Below are positions 26,541-28,286 of a DNA stretch of 28,286 nucleotides, piece by piece. Position 1 is the stretch's first letter. Each line of letters opens with the position of its first letter. The stretch is from Elusimicrobiota bacterium (lineage in GTDB: Bacteria; Elusimicrobiota; Endomicrobiia; CG1-02-37-114; JAHJSO01): NCBI GenBank assembly GCA_043826435.1, contig JBDRQF010000023.1, forward strand, positions 1 through 28,286. The letters are read 5' to 3'. The notes beneath the pieces were generated by a model. The model saw only the letters and a program-made list of their open reading frames with translations, was not told the origin of the DNA and ran no database searches. The position numbers were made by a program, and so were the translations under genes.

Positions 26541-28005
26541 ATCTTCCTTTGCGTTTCATCCCCGCCGTGGTCTTCTCAAACAAAAATTTTGAAAAAACCT
26601 TCGTCCCTGATTTTACCTGCCAGATAAACTGCGGGACTGAATCAATGTGCATCAGCCGCTGTAAAAGGTATCTCGGCCGGATGTAGAACTCCCTGTACGC
26701 CTTTGACATTAACACCTCATATTTCTGTCTGTCTTTCCTGGTGTAGGAGTGGTCTTCTATCTTTTCCGTCGGGTTGTTGACAATCTCTCTCCAGAAATCA
26801 TTAAAAAGTCCCTTGCCGATTCCCTCGTCGTAAAAAACAGAACCGGGCACAGGATGAAACATCCCGAATACAACATAGTCAATCCCGATTCGTTTCGCAT
26901 ACTCCAAAGTCATCTGACTTTCCTCATCCGTTTCGGAAGGCAGCCCGAACATAAAATCAGCATAGGTTAATATCCCTTCACTTTTTACCATCTTGATATT
27001 TTCTTCCACCTTTTCCAGATTCAGGTTTTTATTTATCAGTTTTTGAAGCCGCTGACTCCCTGTTTCAATTCCGAACTGTATTAGACGGCAGCCGGCTTTC
27101 TTCATCTTCTGGACCATTTCCCTGTCAAGTGTGTCCGCCCTGCTTCTGCAATGCCAGTGAATCTTTAATCCCCGGGCATCAATCTCATCACATATCTGAA
27201 CAACCCTTTCCTTTTTGAGTGTGAACAACTCATCAAAAAAAAGAAAGTCAGTAATGCCGAATTTTTCAACACACTCATGGATTTCATCCACAACATTTTT
27301 AGCAGACCTGAACCTGACCTTCTGCCCGCTCTCAAGGTTGCTGCAGAAATAACACTTAAAAGGACATCCCCTGCTTGAAACAATTGTTGTGATTGGGCTA
27401 CCCTTTGCTAATATTGATTTGTAGAGATGGTATTTACTCAGATGTCGGGCAGGGAACGGCACCCCATCCAGGTTTTCAATCCTCTGAAGTTTCATGGGTG
27501 AGCCGGCATTTGATTTTGTCAGTACGCCCGGCAGATTAATCGGGATGCCGTCTGTACCCTTTCTATTTTTCTGTATCTCCTTTAGCAATTCGGCAAAAAC
27601 AAACTCGCCTTCACCATATACCGCATAATCAATCTCCTGTATTTTTATCGTCTCAACGGGATACAGCGCCACATGTGGGCCGCCTGCAACCACAACGATT
27701 TCTTTTGAAATCCCTTTTACAATTTTCGCAGTCAGTATCGGGTCATAGATATAATATGTTGAAAAATATATCCCGACCACATCGGGCTTGCTCTTCTTTA
27801 TCCCTGCCTCAAGCGCCGGGAAATCGTACTGTTCAGTATAGGCGTCAATGATTTCAACCTCCCAGTCGCTATTCTTTTCAATGCTGGCGGCAAGATACAT
27901 CAGTCCAATCGGCGGATAAAAACCCGACTCGCAGTCAACATAAACATGCGGGGTAATGCCGAATATGTAGTGTTCCCTCGGTGGATAAATCAGAAGCAAT
28001 TTCAT
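26539..28005 (-). CDS. Cobalamin-dependent radical SAM enzyme (class B methyltransferase-like)
   Basis: PPIGLMYLAA, GGPH, GEGE, SRGCPFKCYFC, DELFT, GIETGSQ, FMFGLPSET, PVPGS. Confidence 0.92.
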   Translation of the reverse strand: MKLLLIYPPREHYIFGITPHVYVDCESGFYPPIGLMYLAASIEKNSDWEVEIIDAYTEQYDFPALEAGIKKSKPDVVGIYFSTYYIYDPILTAKIVKGISKEIVVVAGGPHVALYPVETIKIQEIDYAVYGEGEFVFAELLKEIQKNRKGTDGIPINLPGVLTKSNAGSPMKLQRIENLDGVPFPARHLSKYHLYKSILAKGSPITTIVSSRGCPFKCYFCSNLESGQKVRFRSAKNVVDEIHECVEKFGITDFLFFDELFTLKKERVVQICDEIDARGLKIHWHCRSRADTLDREMVQKMKKAGCRLIQFGIETGSQRLQKLINKNLNLEKVEENIKMVKSEGILTYADFMFGLPSETDEESQMTLEYAKRIGIDYVVFGMFHPVPGSVFYDEGIGKGLFNDFWREIVNNPTEKIEDHSYTRKDRQKYEVLMSKAYREFYIRPRYLLQRLMHIDSVPQFIWQVKSGTKVFSKFLFEKTTAGMKRKGR

Positions 28006-28101
28006 TTTATCAGCCCCTATGTCCGGGTTTTTTGCCTTAGTGTCCTCAGGTTAAGATGTTAAACGTATCCGTTATGCAAACGGGGTGCGCTGTGGCTTCT
28101 A

Positions 28102-28131
28102 ATTTTAGCATTTTACTGCTACAGATTTCAA
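28102..28131 (-). promoter_or_regulatory. Putative sigma70 promoter for the radical SAM/glycosylation operon
   Basis: Minus strand TTGAAA (28131-28126), 18-nt spacer, TGc-TAAAAT (28107-28102), about 100 nt upstream of the ATG at 28005. Confidence 0.5.
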
Positions 28132-28221
28132 GCGGAGCATTACACTATCTAACATTACATTTAGACCTCTAATCAAAAATATCTTTTTCTCAATAATGTC
28201 TTGTTTAACAATATCGGTCAT
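28105..28221 (-). pseudogene. Truncated ORF6N-domain (phage antirepressor-like DNA-binding) gene remnant
   Basis: Not in the ORF track. SD AAGGA, ATG 28221, translation MTDIVKQDIIEKKIFLIRGLNVMLDS-VMLRLKSVAVKC*; first ~26 aa resemble the ORF6N start (IExKIxxIRGxxVMLDxDLA), then similarity stops. Confidence 0.6.
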
Positions 28222-28286
28222 ATTTTTCCTTTGTCCCCCCGTCTACTTTTGCGCCTGTCCCCGTGGTTAGATTTGTTAATACAAAT

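Noticed and set aside
306..27383. Plus-strand and alternate-frame ORFs in the track (e.g. 2240-2941, 11207-11959, 17867-18634, 4913-5128)
   Set aside because: They are shadows of well-supported minus-strand genes with no recognisable motifs.

Overview
Bacterial chromosomal segment with all supported genes on the minus strand. In transcription order (right to left): (1) a short remnant of an ORF6N-like gene, then a probable operon of five radical SAM genes (six radical SAM domains, three with intact cobalamin-binding domains, one a double-radical-SAM fusion) interleaved with a GT4 glycosyltransferase, a sugar-phosphate nucleotidyltransferase, an ArnT/PMT-like GT-C membrane glycosyltransferase and an LPG-synthase-TM flippase-like gene; (2) a CIRCE-controlled heat-shock operon hrcA-grpE-dnaK-dnaJ followed by a TRAM-less mtaB; (3) coupled to mtaB, a two-gene cassette of hydG plus a fusion of a HypC-like ([NiFe]-hydrogenase chaperone) domain to a HydE-like ([FeFe]-hydrogenase maturase) radical SAM domain; (4) HIT-rpsU-Nif3-like-dnaG-rpoD; (5) the 5' end of a small ribbon-helix-helix gene at the window edge. 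At least 12 units of a TGTCATTGCGAG...GCAATC palindromic repeat are scattered through the window, four of them in frame inside two proteins. The strongest candidate for an undescribed system is the HypC-HydE fusion with HydG; the radical-SAM/glycosylation cluster is second. All calls are from motif recognition by eye; no database search was run, so novelty is unverified.
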